The position numbers and the translations under genes were made by a program. A DNA stretch of 51,951 bases from a bacterium (GTDB lineage Bacteria > SZUA-182 > DTGQ01), in contig JBFMGO010000033.1 of assembly GCA_040752695.1 (NCBI GenBank), positions 1-51,951 on the forward strand, given 5' to 3'. Under the pieces are notes generated by a model. That model worked only from the letters and a program-made list of their open reading frames with translations, did no database searches and had not been told where the DNA came from. Position 1 is the first letter of the stretch. The number at the start of each line of letters is the position of its first letter. This document shows positions 9,559-19,247 of this stretch, in pieces.

Positions 9559-10422
9559 ATGAAAAACATTGGAATCTTCTGCAAGCCTGACCGCCAGCGT
9601 GCTCCAAAGATACTTGAGGAGTTGCTTGCCTGGATCAGAGCCAAGGACCTTATCCCCTACCTTGAATGCACAACAGCGGAATTAATCGCGTTCCAAAGCT
9701 CGGACCATGTCCTCTCCTTGCAGGATCTCACAGCAGTAATCGATTTACTCATCATCATGGGAGGAGATGGTACGCTGCTGCGGGCCGCTCACGTAATTGA
9801 GGGAAGGAATATCCCCATCCTGGGAGTCAATCTGGGCAGTCTGGGTTTTTTGACTGAAATTACTATCCCTGAGTTGCTCCCGACTCTGGATGCCATTCTT
9901 GAGCGGGGATATTACAAGCTGGATGAGCGCATGATGCTGGCCGCTTTTTTCTCCTCGGGGGACCAGGGGGCGGTCCAGAGGTCCTGTGCTCTTAACGATG
10001 TGGTTTTTTCCAAAGGGATACACGATAGTCAGCTCATCGAATTATCCATCAAGGTGGATGGAATCTGGATCAATAAATTCCTGGCTGACGGGCTCATTCT
10101 CAGCACTTCCACCGGATCGACGGCGTATTCTTTGTCTGCCGGCGGGCCGATTCTTCACCCTTCGATGCAGGCTATTCTGATAACCCCCATCTGCCCCCAT
10201 ATGTTGACTAACAGGCCCATTGTCGTGCCGGGGAACCAGGTTATCGAGGTAACTGCAAAAAAAGGCATTCTGGTAGCTGTTGATGGTGAATTTGTCAAGG
10301 AGTTGTCCTGCGATGAGCAGGTTCGCGTCAGACAGGGCGAACACAAGCTCAGCCTGATACAGGCACCGGACAAAGACTACTACCAGGTGCTTAGAACGAA
10401 ACTCAAATGGGGGGAAAGATGA
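9559..10422 (+). CDS. nadK: NAD(+) kinase
   Basis: GGDGT, NLGSLGFL, ALNDVV, ADGL..ST.TGSTAYSLSAGGP motifs; adjacent to recN. Confidence 0.95.
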   Translation: MKNIGIFCKPDRQRAPKILEELLAWIRAKDLIPYLECTTAELIAFQSSDHVLSLQDLTAVIDLLIIMGGDGTLLRAAHVIEGRNIPILGVNLGSLGFLTEITIPELLPTLDAILERGYYKLDERMMLAAFFSSGDQGAVQRSCALNDVVFSKGIHDSQLIELSIKVDGIWINKFLADGLILSTSTGSTAYSLSAGGPILHPSMQAILITPICPHMLTNRPIVVPGNQVIEVTAKKGILVAVDGEFVKELSCDEQVRVRQGEHKLSLIQAPDKDYYQVLRTKLKWGER

Positions 10423-12155
10423 TTACTACCCTCCGGATAGAAAATTTTGCCATTATCGATCGGCTCATAATTGAGTTAAGCGAAGGATTCTCCGTTTTTT
10501 CGGGAGAGACCGGAGCGGGTAAGTCTGTCCTGATCACGGCGCTGGGCCTTCTGCTCGGAGGCCGGGCCTATGAGGAGTATATCAGATCAGGGGAGGAGAG
10601 CGCCACGGTTGAGGGCGTTTTCAAGGTAGCGGAACACTCTTCCATTATGAGCTATCTGGACCAAAAAGGTATTGATCCTGCAGACGGCGGGGAAATCCTG
10701 ATCAAACGAAAAATTTTCCGGGCCGAGAAAAGCAACCGCTGCTATATCAATCATCAGCCCTGTTCCGTATCCGTACTGGCCGAAATCGGAAAATGGCTGG
10801 TGGATATTCACGGCCAGCACGAGCATCAGTTCCTGTTATCTCCCGAGCGGCACATTGACATTCTGGATACTTTTGGTAATCTGAAAAGTATAAAGGATCA
10901 GTTTGCTGTCCTGTATGCCGAGTATGAACAGATGTGCAGGAGGCTCCTTGACCTGGTCAGGAAGGAACAGCTCAGCGGCGAGGAGCGTGACCTGCTCCGT
11001 TTTCAGATGCAGGAAATTGACCAGGCGGGCTTGAGTCAGGAAGAGGAACAGATGCTGGAGAAAAGAAGACGGCAGCTTCAAAATGCTGAAAAGTTATTTC
11101 AGGAGCTGACCCTCATCAGCCAGGAGCTTTACGAAAAAGAGGGGTCCTTGCACGAGCGGTTGGGCAAATTGTCGGGGAGCTTGCGACAATTGGCCAGAAT
11201 TGACGATTGTTTCTCCTCTTTGGCCGATTCCGTGGAAAACATGTGCTACCAGGCGCAGGAGGTCTCCTCTCAGTGTACGGATTACCTACAAGGGATAGAA
11301 TTTGAGCCACACCTTTTGGATGAAGTGGAAGCCCGTGCAGCGGAGATTCAAAAGCTGAAACGCAAATACGGGGGGAGCATTCAGGATATCCTGGATGAGC
11401 GGGCCAAAATGGAGAAAAAATGGCTGTCAGTGCACCGGGTTGAAGACGAGATGGGGGAGATTCAAAAAAAGATCGAGAACATGGCTGTAAGAGTTCTCGA
11501 AATAGCCGAAAAGCTCTCTTCACAAAGGCAAAAGATAGCTTCTGACCTTGAGCAAAAGATTAAACGGGAATTGACTGACCTTTGCCTGACCAAGGCCGTT
11601 TTCCGGGTAAGTCAGGAAAGAAAGCGTGTAGAGCCCGGAGGGCTTGAGCATCACTCGCCGAGTCCTTACCGGCTGCCCAATTTTCCCTTCAGGCTGACCT
11701 CGAAAGGTCTTGATCTGATAGAATTCTTTTTTTCCGCCAATCAGGGCGAGGAGTTGAAACCTCTGGCCCGCATCGCTTCGGGCGGAGAAATTTCAAGGAT
11801 TCTTCTGGCTCTCAAGGCTTGTCTGAAGAGCGCGGATGAAGTGCCTGTTTTGGTATTCGACGAAGTAGACGTCGGCATCGGAGGTGATATTTCCAGAGTC
11901 GTAGGCAGGAAATTGAAAGAATTATCAACTGCAAAGCAGGTGCTTTGCATTACTCATTCTCCGCAGATCGCTTCTTTGGCTGATCATCACTACATGGTTA
12001 AAAAAGTCGCAGCCGATCACCGGACGACAACGACCGTAGAGCACCTGGAGAATGGACAGAGAATCGAAGAACTAGCCAGAATGTTGGGAGGTGGGGTCGC
12101 TTCGGATATTACCTTTACTCATGCCCGGGAATTGATTGAAGCCAGGGATTGTTGA
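10419..12155 (+). CDS. recN: DNA repair protein RecN
   Basis: Walker A GETGAGKS, IHGQHEH, ASGGE.SR, FDEVDVG, QVLCITHSPQIA; ATGA overlap with the nadK stop. Confidence 0.96.
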   Translation: MITTLRIENFAIIDRLIIELSEGFSVFSGETGAGKSVLITALGLLLGGRAYEEYIRSGEESATVEGVFKVAEHSSIMSYLDQKGIDPADGGEILIKRKIFRAEKSNRCYINHQPCSVSVLAEIGKWLVDIHGQHEHQFLLSPERHIDILDTFGNLKSIKDQFAVLYAEYEQMCRRLLDLVRKEQLSGEERDLLRFQMQEIDQAGLSQEEEQMLEKRRRQLQNAEKLFQELTLISQELYEKEGSLHERLGKLSGSLRQLARIDDCFSSLADSVENMCYQAQEVSSQCTDYLQGIEFEPHLLDEVEARAAEIQKLKRKYGGSIQDILDERAKMEKKWLSVHRVEDEMGEIQKKIENMAVRVLEIAEKLSSQRQKIASDLEQKIKRELTDLCLTKAVFRVSQERKRVEPGGLEHHSPSPYRLPNFPFRLTSKGLDLIEFFFSANQGEELKPLARIASGGEISRILLALKACLKSADEVPVLVFDEVDVGIGGDISRVVGRKLKELSTAKQVLCITHSPQIASLADHHYMVKKVAADHRTTTTVEHLENGQRIEELARMLGGGVASDITFTHARELIEARDC

Positions 12156-12272
12156 CCATATTTTTTTTCCCATTCTTAAATTCTTCCCTCTATTGAATTA
12201 TAACGGTAAATATAGTACTATGAGCTTAGTATCACTTAAGAAATAGTATATTTCGATAAGAGAAATCAATTA

Positions 12273-14177
12273 TTGATTTTTGAGGAATCGATGCACAAGA
12301 AAAGGGGAGAGGACCATTTCTCAAAAGATCACGCTTTAAAACCGTGCAGCAGGGGGGTCGGGATTACCCTGCGCTTATTTACCCTCATCTTGACCTTACT
12401 CATCCTGATGGTCATCAACCATCTAGTCTCTTACCGGCAAAACATTAAAGTTACAACAGCTTTCGAAAACATTCTGAAGGAAATTCCCCACGAGAGAGCC
12501 ATATATGAAATCCAGACAGCAATAACAGACTATATTATGCCGGCCAATGATTTTCTCATTACCGAGAATCCCGGAGAGTTGAAAACAGCGAAGGTCCTGG
12601 AGAGAAAGGTCCAGGAAGCGCTGAATCATTGCTACTCCCTGTCCAGACCCCAGGAACTGCCGATGATCAACCGTATTCGGGAGGATTTTGTCCGGATCAA
12701 GTTTCTTTCAAGCAAGATTATGTCCTCTGATGTCTCTCAGCGGGAAGTGGCCGGGAGTATGATGAAGGAAATGGACAATCTGGCTGTTTCGACCAGAAAT
12801 CATATTCAGGAACTAGTCAGGATACATGACAAGCATATGGCCAAGTCACGGAATGAGGCTGAATATGCCTGGCGATCAGCCAATTTATGGATGATTGCCA
12901 TTTTTATTATGGCCACTATCATCGGCCTGACCGTAGCCACCTACATCTCGCTGTCCATTTTGCGGCCCCTGAAACTTCTGGATGAATCAGCACAACGGAT
13001 TGCAGACGGGAACCTGGAAAAATTGCTTCGCATTGAGCGCAAAGGGGAGATCAGCAGTCTGGCTAATTCATTTAACCAGATGATCCTTTCACTCCGGCAC
13101 CAGATTAAAACCAGCAAAACCATTCTCGATGCCATGGCTGATCCGGTCTTTACCGTAGATATGGATATGAATATTACCTATTTCAGCCCTGCTTGTGAGA
13201 GATTGACAGGATATACCAAAGCAGAAATTATGGGGAGAAAATGCAAAGAGGTCTTTAAAAGCGATATCTGCGAGGGGCAATGTGCTATTAAATGTTCGGC
13301 CAAAAAAGGAACACCAACCCTCAATGTGGAGGTCCAGATACAGACCAAGGATAACAGAACCATCCCGATTATGGCCAGCGCCTCCTCCCTTAAGGATGAG
13401 CGGGGAGAGATCATGGGCGGATGCGAGGTGTTTCGGGATATTTCAGAGCAAAAGAGGATGACCAGAGAACTGAAAGAGGCGCAGGAGCAGCTTATCCTCT
13501 CCGAGAAAATGGCGGCTTTAGGCCGTCTGGCTTCTTCAGTGAGCCACGAGCTGCGAAATCCCCTGGCTGTAATCCAGAATTCAACCTATTATTTGAAAAA
13601 CAAGATCGACAGCCAGGACCCTAAACTGCAAAGACACATTGAAATTATAGAACATGAAATCGAAAGTTCCAATAAAATCATCAGCGACCTGCTCGGTTTT
13701 TGCCGGACAAGAAAGCCGGAACTGGCCCCTGAAGATATTAACACGGTCATCAGTTCCTCTCTGTCACGGCTCAAACTGCCAGCCAATATTTCCACTCGCC
13801 TGGACCTTGCCCCAGGATTACCTTCCGTCCTGATCGACAAACACCAGATTCATCAGGTGCTGGTCAATCTGATCAGTAATGCTGAACATGCCATGCTCAA
13901 ACGCGGGGGTGAAATTCGAATCACCACTCGTGGAAATCATGGCACTGTCGAAATAGAGATTACGGACCAGGGCTATGGCATATCGCCTTCTGATCTTGAA
14001 AAATTGTTTGATCCTTTTTTTACAACGAAAACTACCGGAATTGGCCTGGGGCTTACCATAACCAAGTCTATTATTCAGAACCACCAGGCCATGATTTCCG
14101 TGAAGAGTGTAGTCGAACAGGGGAGTTCTTTTATTATATCATTTCCCATCAGGGAGGCAGTGGGACAAAGCCCATAA
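12273..14177 (+). CDS. Membrane sensor histidine kinase (periplasmic helical domain-HAMP-PAS-HisKA-HATPase); start may be ATG 12291
   Basis: Two TM helices, HAMP (EI..LA.SFN.M), PAS, H-box SHELRNPL, N box and G boxes D.G.GI, FF.TK..G.GLGL. Confidence 0.92.
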   Translation: MIFEESMHKKRGEDHFSKDHALKPCSRGVGITLRLFTLILTLLILMVINHLVSYRQNIKVTTAFENILKEIPHERAIYEIQTAITDYIMPANDFLITENPGELKTAKVLERKVQEALNHCYSLSRPQELPMINRIREDFVRIKFLSSKIMSSDVSQREVAGSMMKEMDNLAVSTRNHIQELVRIHDKHMAKSRNEAEYAWRSANLWMIAIFIMATIIGLTVATYISLSILRPLKLLDESAQRIADGNLEKLLRIERKGEISSLANSFNQMILSLRHQIKTSKTILDAMADPVFTVDMDMNITYFSPACERLTGYTKAEIMGRKCKEVFKSDICEGQCAIKCSAKKGTPTLNVEVQIQTKDNRTIPIMASASSLKDERGEIMGGCEVFRDISEQKRMTRELKEAQEQLILSEKMAALGRLASSVSHELRNPLAVIQNSTYYLKNKIDSQDPKLQRHIEIIEHEIESSNKIISDLLGFCRTRKPELAPEDINTVISSSLSRLKLPANISTRLDLAPGLPSVLIDKHQIHQVLVNLISNAEHAMLKRGGEIRITTRGNHGTVEIEITDQGYGISPSDLEKLFDPFFTTKTTGIGLGLTITKSIIQNHQAMISVKSVVEQGSSFIISFPIREAVGQSP

Positions 14178-14204
14178 CGGTTAGATTGCTGAGAGGTCAA
14201 TAGA

Positions 14205-14585
14205 GTGAAGATCTTGATTGTGGATGATCAGTCGGGCATGAGGGAAACCCTGATCGATATTCTTGAAGAGGCCGGATACGAAGTCGATGCAGCAGGGGAC
14301 GGATATGGTGCTATTGAAAAAGCTGACCAGCAATTCTTCGATGTCATTCTCATTGATATTATTATGCCAGGTATTAATGGCGTAGATACGATCAAGGAAA
14401 TTCAAAGAGCAAATAAAAGGCCGGGGAGAAAAACAGAGTTTATCCTGATGACTGCATATTCTGCCGAGACTCTCATCGAGGAGGCTCTCAGTTGTGGTAT
14501 TTATCAATATATCAATAAACCTTTCCCGCCGGAGCAGATTATTTCCCTTGTGGAAGAAATCAGGGAAAGAAGAACCGGTGATTAG
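14205..14585 (+). CDS. Single-domain response regulator (receiver)
   Basis: ILIVDD, D..MPG..G, MTAY and KPF motifs. Confidence 0.92.
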   Translation: MKILIVDDQSGMRETLIDILEEAGYEVDAAGDGYGAIEKADQQFFDVILIDIIMPGINGVDTIKEIQRANKRPGRKTEFILMTAYSAETLIEEALSCGIYQYINKPFPPEQIISLVEEIRERRTGD

Positions 14586-14714
14586 GGATCATGAAAATGA
14601 AAAAGCGAACAGGAAAATCGAAAAGATGAATAATTGCGTAAAATAAAGATGAAATAAAAAAATAGGAATAAGATAATGAATTAAATAAAGAATTAAATAA
14701 AGAAGGATACAATA

Positions 14715-16337
14715 ATGTCTGCCAAAGCCAATATCCTCATCGTTGATGATGAGATTGGAGTATGTTATACCATAAAAGATATCCTGGAAGATGAAGGCTA
14801 TAGCGTAAGCATTACCCTCAATGGTAATGACGCCATAGAAGCTGTTCGGGATAATTCTTTTAATGTGGCTATTATCGATATAAACTTACCGGATATCAGC
14901 GGGTTGGAGATTCTTAAGGAAATTCGCAACATGAACCTTGACCTGTACTCCATCATGCTCACTGCAGCCGCAACCATTGAAAATTCCATAAAAGCACTGA
15001 ACCAGGGAGCATATGCCTATATCGTCAAACCGTTTCAGGTGGAAATGCTCAAGGATACGGTTAAACGGGCCGCTGATGAGCAGCACCTCGTTTTGGAAAA
15101 TAAAAAGCTGCTGCGGGAATTGCAGATCTCCAACGCAGCCCTCAAAGAGGCCAAGATGAAGGTTGACGATATGAATCGAGCCCTTGAGTCCAGAATCCGG
15201 CAGCGAACCAGTGAACTGTTTGACCAGAAAGAACGCACCGAGGCCATTATCGAGAGCCTGGCCGATGGCTTGTGTACGGTAGATGAGCACTGGCGCATCA
15301 CCTCATTTAACCGCCAGGCTGAAAAGATTACCGGCTATCGGGCTGATGAAGTTATCGGCAAGCATCATGCCGAGATTTTCAGGAGCCAGAATTCGGACTA
15401 TACCAAGCAACTGATAGAATCCTTGAAAAGTAAAGAAAATGTTTCTCATATGGAAGCCTATATCCGCAGCAAGAATCGCCAGGTGATACCGATCCGGGTC
15501 AGCGCAGCGCTCCTGCGGGATAAAACCGGGCGCATTACCGGAGCGGTTCAGAATTTCCGGGATATCACCGAACAGAAACAACTCCAGGAGCAACTGATTC
15601 AGGCCTCAAAATTGGCTTCCATGGGAGAGTTACTGGCCAATTTCACCCATGAAATCAAAAATCCTCTTAATGGCATGCTCCTGTTTGCCAGTCTTATTCA
15701 AAGTGAAATTAAGGATACGGATACTGAAATCGCTGATTACGCAGACAGGATATTGCAGGAAGGCACCAGAATCGGGAAGATTGCCAGTGATATCTTGACC
15801 TTTTCCCGTCAAAACCGGCAGGAATATCACCCTGAGGATATCACGGGGATTATCGAGACTACCCTGTCCCTTACCGAACATCAGCTTGTGCTTGACGGTA
15901 TCAAGATTGTCAGGGAGTTCGAGCCTAACCTGCCGCAGATTGCGGCCAACAGCGGGAGATTACAGCAGGTTTTTCTGAATCTTATCAATAATGCTCAATA
16001 TGCTTTGAATAAAAAATCACCGGGTCCGGCTGATAAGAACTCGAAAATCCTTACCATCAGCAGCCATAAGATCGAGAAGGAAGGAAAACCGTACATCCGA
16101 ATTAAGATCCACGATAATGGCATGGGAATTCCGGAGAAGCATTTCAATAAGTTATTTGACCCGTTTTTCACCACCAAGCCTGTTGGACAGGGGACTGGTT
16201 TAGGATTAAGTGTCAGTTACGGAATTATTCAGGATCATCAGGGAACCATTGAGATTGAAAGTCAGGTTGATGAGTTTACGACTTTCATTATAGATCTTCC
16301 TGTGGCCGATCCTTACAGGGAAACACCCCATGCCTGA
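14715..16337 (+). CDS. Hybrid kinase REC-PAS-HisKA-HATPase
   Basis: N-terminal receiver, PAS, H-box THEIKNPL, FFTTKPVGQGTGLGL. Confidence 0.92.
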   Translation: MSAKANILIVDDEIGVCYTIKDILEDEGYSVSITLNGNDAIEAVRDNSFNVAIIDINLPDISGLEILKEIRNMNLDLYSIMLTAAATIENSIKALNQGAYAYIVKPFQVEMLKDTVKRAADEQHLVLENKKLLRELQISNAALKEAKMKVDDMNRALESRIRQRTSELFDQKERTEAIIESLADGLCTVDEHWRITSFNRQAEKITGYRADEVIGKHHAEIFRSQNSDYTKQLIESLKSKENVSHMEAYIRSKNRQVIPIRVSAALLRDKTGRITGAVQNFRDITEQKQLQEQLIQASKLASMGELLANFTHEIKNPLNGMLLFASLIQSEIKDTDTEIADYADRILQEGTRIGKIASDILTFSRQNRQEYHPEDITGIIETTLSLTEHQLVLDGIKIVREFEPNLPQIAANSGRLQQVFLNLINNAQYALNKKSPGPADKNSKILTISSHKIEKEGKPYIRIKIHDNGMGIPEKHFNKLFDPFFTTKPVGQGTGLGLSVSYGIIQDHQGTIEIESQVDEFTTFIIDLPVADPYRETPHA

Positions 16338-17598
16338 TGTACAAGAAGAGTTAATGAGGATACTCCTCATTGACGATGATATCCTGTTCTGCGAAACATT
16401 CAAGGATATTTTGTCGGATAATGAATATAAAATAGCAGTTGTCCACAAGGGAAAGGATGCTTTACACGAGCTGTCCAGCCAGGCTGTTCAGGTAGCCATT
16501 ATTGATCTTCAGTTGCCCGACATGACCGGCCTAGATATCTTAAAAGCCATCAAAGATTCCCAGCTTGAAGTATGCCCGATTATGCTGACCGGGCATGCAT
16601 CCCTGGAAACCGCAATCAAGGCTCTCAATCAAGGGGCCTATGCCTATATCACCAAACCTTATCAGGTCGGCGAGGTCAGGGCAATTATCAGAAACGCTCT
16701 CGAACAGCAGAGACTTTCCAGGGAAAACCGAAGACTTCTGGAAGTCTTAAAGGAAAATAACCAGCAATTGACAGCGGCCAAGCACCAGTTGGAGCAATTT
16801 AACCGGGAGCTGGAAAACAAAGTGGAAAGAAGGGCACTGGAATTAGCCTGCGAGAGAGCGAAAAATGAACGTCTGACAGAGCTTGATCAACTGAAATCGG
16901 AATTTCTGGCCATGGTCAGTCATGAGTTAAAAACTCCGCTGACTTCGATCATCGGATACAGCACTTACCTTTTGAATATGACCCCGGAAGAGCGAATCTC
17001 GGAAATCTCCGATGGCCTGACCAGAATCAGCCGGAATGGATATATTCTCCTTGACCTGATCAATAAGCTGCTGGAATTTTCTAAAATTGAGGCAGGAAGA
17101 ATAGACATCGAACTGGAGCAATTTGACCTGAAAGATATTGTTGATGAAGTCTTACTGATTACCATGCCTATGGCCAGAGAGAAAAACCTCCAATTAGCCT
17201 TAATTCCCACCGACTTTCATGAAACCATCGAGGCAGACCGCCAGAAAATCAAACAGGTTATCTTGAACCTGGTGAGCAATGCAGTAAAATTTACCGAAAG
17301 ACCGCAATCACGGATTCTAATCCACCTGGATGCAAAGGATGATTTCGTTCAGGTCTCGGTATCTGACCAGGGAATCGGCATCAGCCAGCAGGACCAGGAA
17401 GCTGTTTTTGAAAGATTTAGACAGATAGATGCCGCTACCTCCCGAAGGGTCGGGGGAACGGGCCTGGGACTGAGCATTGTCAAAAAGTTCGTGGACATCC
17501 ACCGCGGCAGGATCTGGGTCGAGAGCGAGCCTCAGAAGGGATCCAACTTCATCTTCCAGATACCGAAAAGACAAAACATGCCCGATTACATCATGTGA
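16330..17598 (+). CDS. Hybrid kinase REC-HisKA-HATPase
   Basis: Receiver, H-box SHELKTPL, NLVSNAVKFT, GGTGLGL. Confidence 0.92.
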   Translation: MPDVQEELMRILLIDDDILFCETFKDILSDNEYKIAVVHKGKDALHELSSQAVQVAIIDLQLPDMTGLDILKAIKDSQLEVCPIMLTGHASLETAIKALNQGAYAYITKPYQVGEVRAIIRNALEQQRLSRENRRLLEVLKENNQQLTAAKHQLEQFNRELENKVERRALELACERAKNERLTELDQLKSEFLAMVSHELKTPLTSIIGYSTYLLNMTPEERISEISDGLTRISRNGYILLDLINKLLEFSKIEAGRIDIELEQFDLKDIVDEVLLITMPMAREKNLQLALIPTDFHETIEADRQKIKQVILNLVSNAVKFTERPQSRILIHLDAKDDFVQVSVSDQGIGISQQDQEAVFERFRQIDAATSRRVGGTGLGLSIVKKFVDIHRGRIWVESEPQKGSNFIFQIPKRQNMPDYIM

Positions 17599-17738
17599 TG
17601 GGCAGTTACGCGGTTACACCATAATTAATGGTGGTTATATGATTGATGAGCGGTTACATCACGGGACGGTGTATAATAATAGCAATAACGGTGTATAATA
17701 ATAGCATATGGCACAAAGTAAGTGAAAAATGGTGATAC

Positions 17739-17969
17739 ATGGCTATGAAGATGAGTAAAATTGTGGGAAGGATAAAAATTGACCCGCAAAGATGCAAAGG
17801 ATGTGAGTTGTGTATGTCCCAGTGTCCTCAAAAGGCGATCATAATTGGGGGAAGCCTGAACCGGTATGGGTATTACTCTGCCGTGTTTCAGCACCCGGAG
17901 CGCTGCACCGGCTGCGGTCTATGTGCCGAAATGTGCCCGGACCTTGCTATTTCCGTATTCAGGGAATAG
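17739..17969 (+). CDS. 2x[4Fe-4S] ferredoxin, delta subunit of a 2-oxoacid:ferredoxin oxidoreductase
   Basis: CKGCELC...CP and CTGCGLCAEMCP; upstream of the alpha, beta and gamma subunit genes. Confidence 0.9.
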   Translation: MAMKMSKIVGRIKIDPQRCKGCELCMSQCPQKAIIIGGSLNRYGYYSAVFQHPERCTGCGLCAEMCPDLAISVFRE

Positions 17970-18009
17970 GGAATAAGGGAAGAAGAGGAAGACAAGGGAA
18001 AGGGGAGAG

Positions 18010-18609
18010 TTGCAAAGAAGAGTGGCGGGGGAGAGTGAAGGAGAAAAAGAGCAAGGATTAGCGGCTTATATTCCGAAATTCCGGTACTGCAAGATAGCCG
18101 AGAACGAGTTTCCAAAGGAAATCTTACGCAAGCTGAAGAATCCGGTCTCAGCCCTTTTTTATATAGAAAACAGCTCAGCGGAGGAGATCGGGAAGGCCAT
18201 TGATGAGATCATAGAGATCATCATGGATGAACAAGATAAGAAGGCCGTGCACAGGTTCATAACCTGGCTTCGTAACCTTGCTGAACGAAAACGGCTCAGA
18301 GACGATAAGGGGGAAGATTACCGTATCTATAACCCAGGGGAGGTAAAGAATATGCTGACCGCAACGCTGGAAAAGATAAGAGAAGAGGGAATAAGAGAAG
18401 GTATTGAAAGGGGCATTGAAAAGGGAAGGAGAGAGGAACTGGCTGAGCTTATCAGGATATACCTCGTAACCCGGTTTGACGAGGCTCCGGCAGACTTTCT
18501 GGAAGGGCTTAAGAAAGTACAGGATATCCAGGAACTGGAGAATTTAGCTCCCCGGATCTATAAGTGCCAGAATCTGGAAGAGGTAGAAAGGCTCTTGGAG
18601 AGTTTTTGA
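18010..18609 (+). pseudogene. N-terminally truncated Rpn/YhgA-like (PD-(D/E)XK) protein; the C-terminal part may be expressed from internal ATG 18352
   Basis: YIPKFRY..I.EN, ALFY.EN, (E/K)G repeats EEGIREGIERGIEKG and a DUF4351-like tail (L..RF...P). The nuclease domain is missing and replaced by a purine-rich stretch. Confidence 0.65.
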
Positions 18610-18691
18610 AGTTTCTATATCAGCTCTACAAGATAAGTATTGGAAAGATTGAACAGTGGACTGAATCTCAGAAGCAAAAGGCGACAACGAA

Positions 18692-18952
18692 ATGAGAAGC
18701 ACAGAAGTAATGGAATTATTCAACATCTTTTCAGAAACCTGGGGTAAGGAAAAAGCTCAGTTAGTAGTGAAAGATATTGAATCGATGATGGATGACACGA
18801 AACGGGATCTGACAACGAAAGGTGATTTGCGGGAACTTGAACTTAAATTAACTAAAGAGATAGAGCAGGTTAGGTCTAGCGTTATTAAATGGGTTGCTGG
18901 CCTCATTGTTGCTCAAACAGGGGTAATTATTACACTGATACTTTTAAGATAA
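18692..18952 (+). CDS. DUF1640/CCDC90-like small coiled-coil membrane protein
   Basis: L.TK.DL.ELE..L..EI and IKW+.G..+.Q followed by a C-terminal TM helix. Confidence 0.7.
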   Translation: MRSTEVMELFNIFSETWGKEKAQLVVKDIESMMDDTKRDLTTKGDLRELELKLTKEIEQVRSSVIKWVAGLIVAQTGVIITLILLR

Positions 18953-19247
18953 GCTCTTATCAGTCTAGCGGCGCAGCAGAAAAGGTGTAGCAGAAGAAAG
19001 AGACATTCCGTAACCAAAGCATACTCAGCAGGGCAAGAGAGTGAAAGTTAAGATAGACCCTGAGCACGCACATTGGAAAGCAATATCTTGATACCTGATG
19101 CTGAGGTTAAGTATCAGTTGCTAAACATCCCAGCCCTACTCTCCTACTCCAGTAAGACAGATGTCATAAATGATAACATACAATAATAGCATTGCAGCTT
19201 AATAATATGATATTATATTATAACGCTAATACCGTAGCACAACAGTC

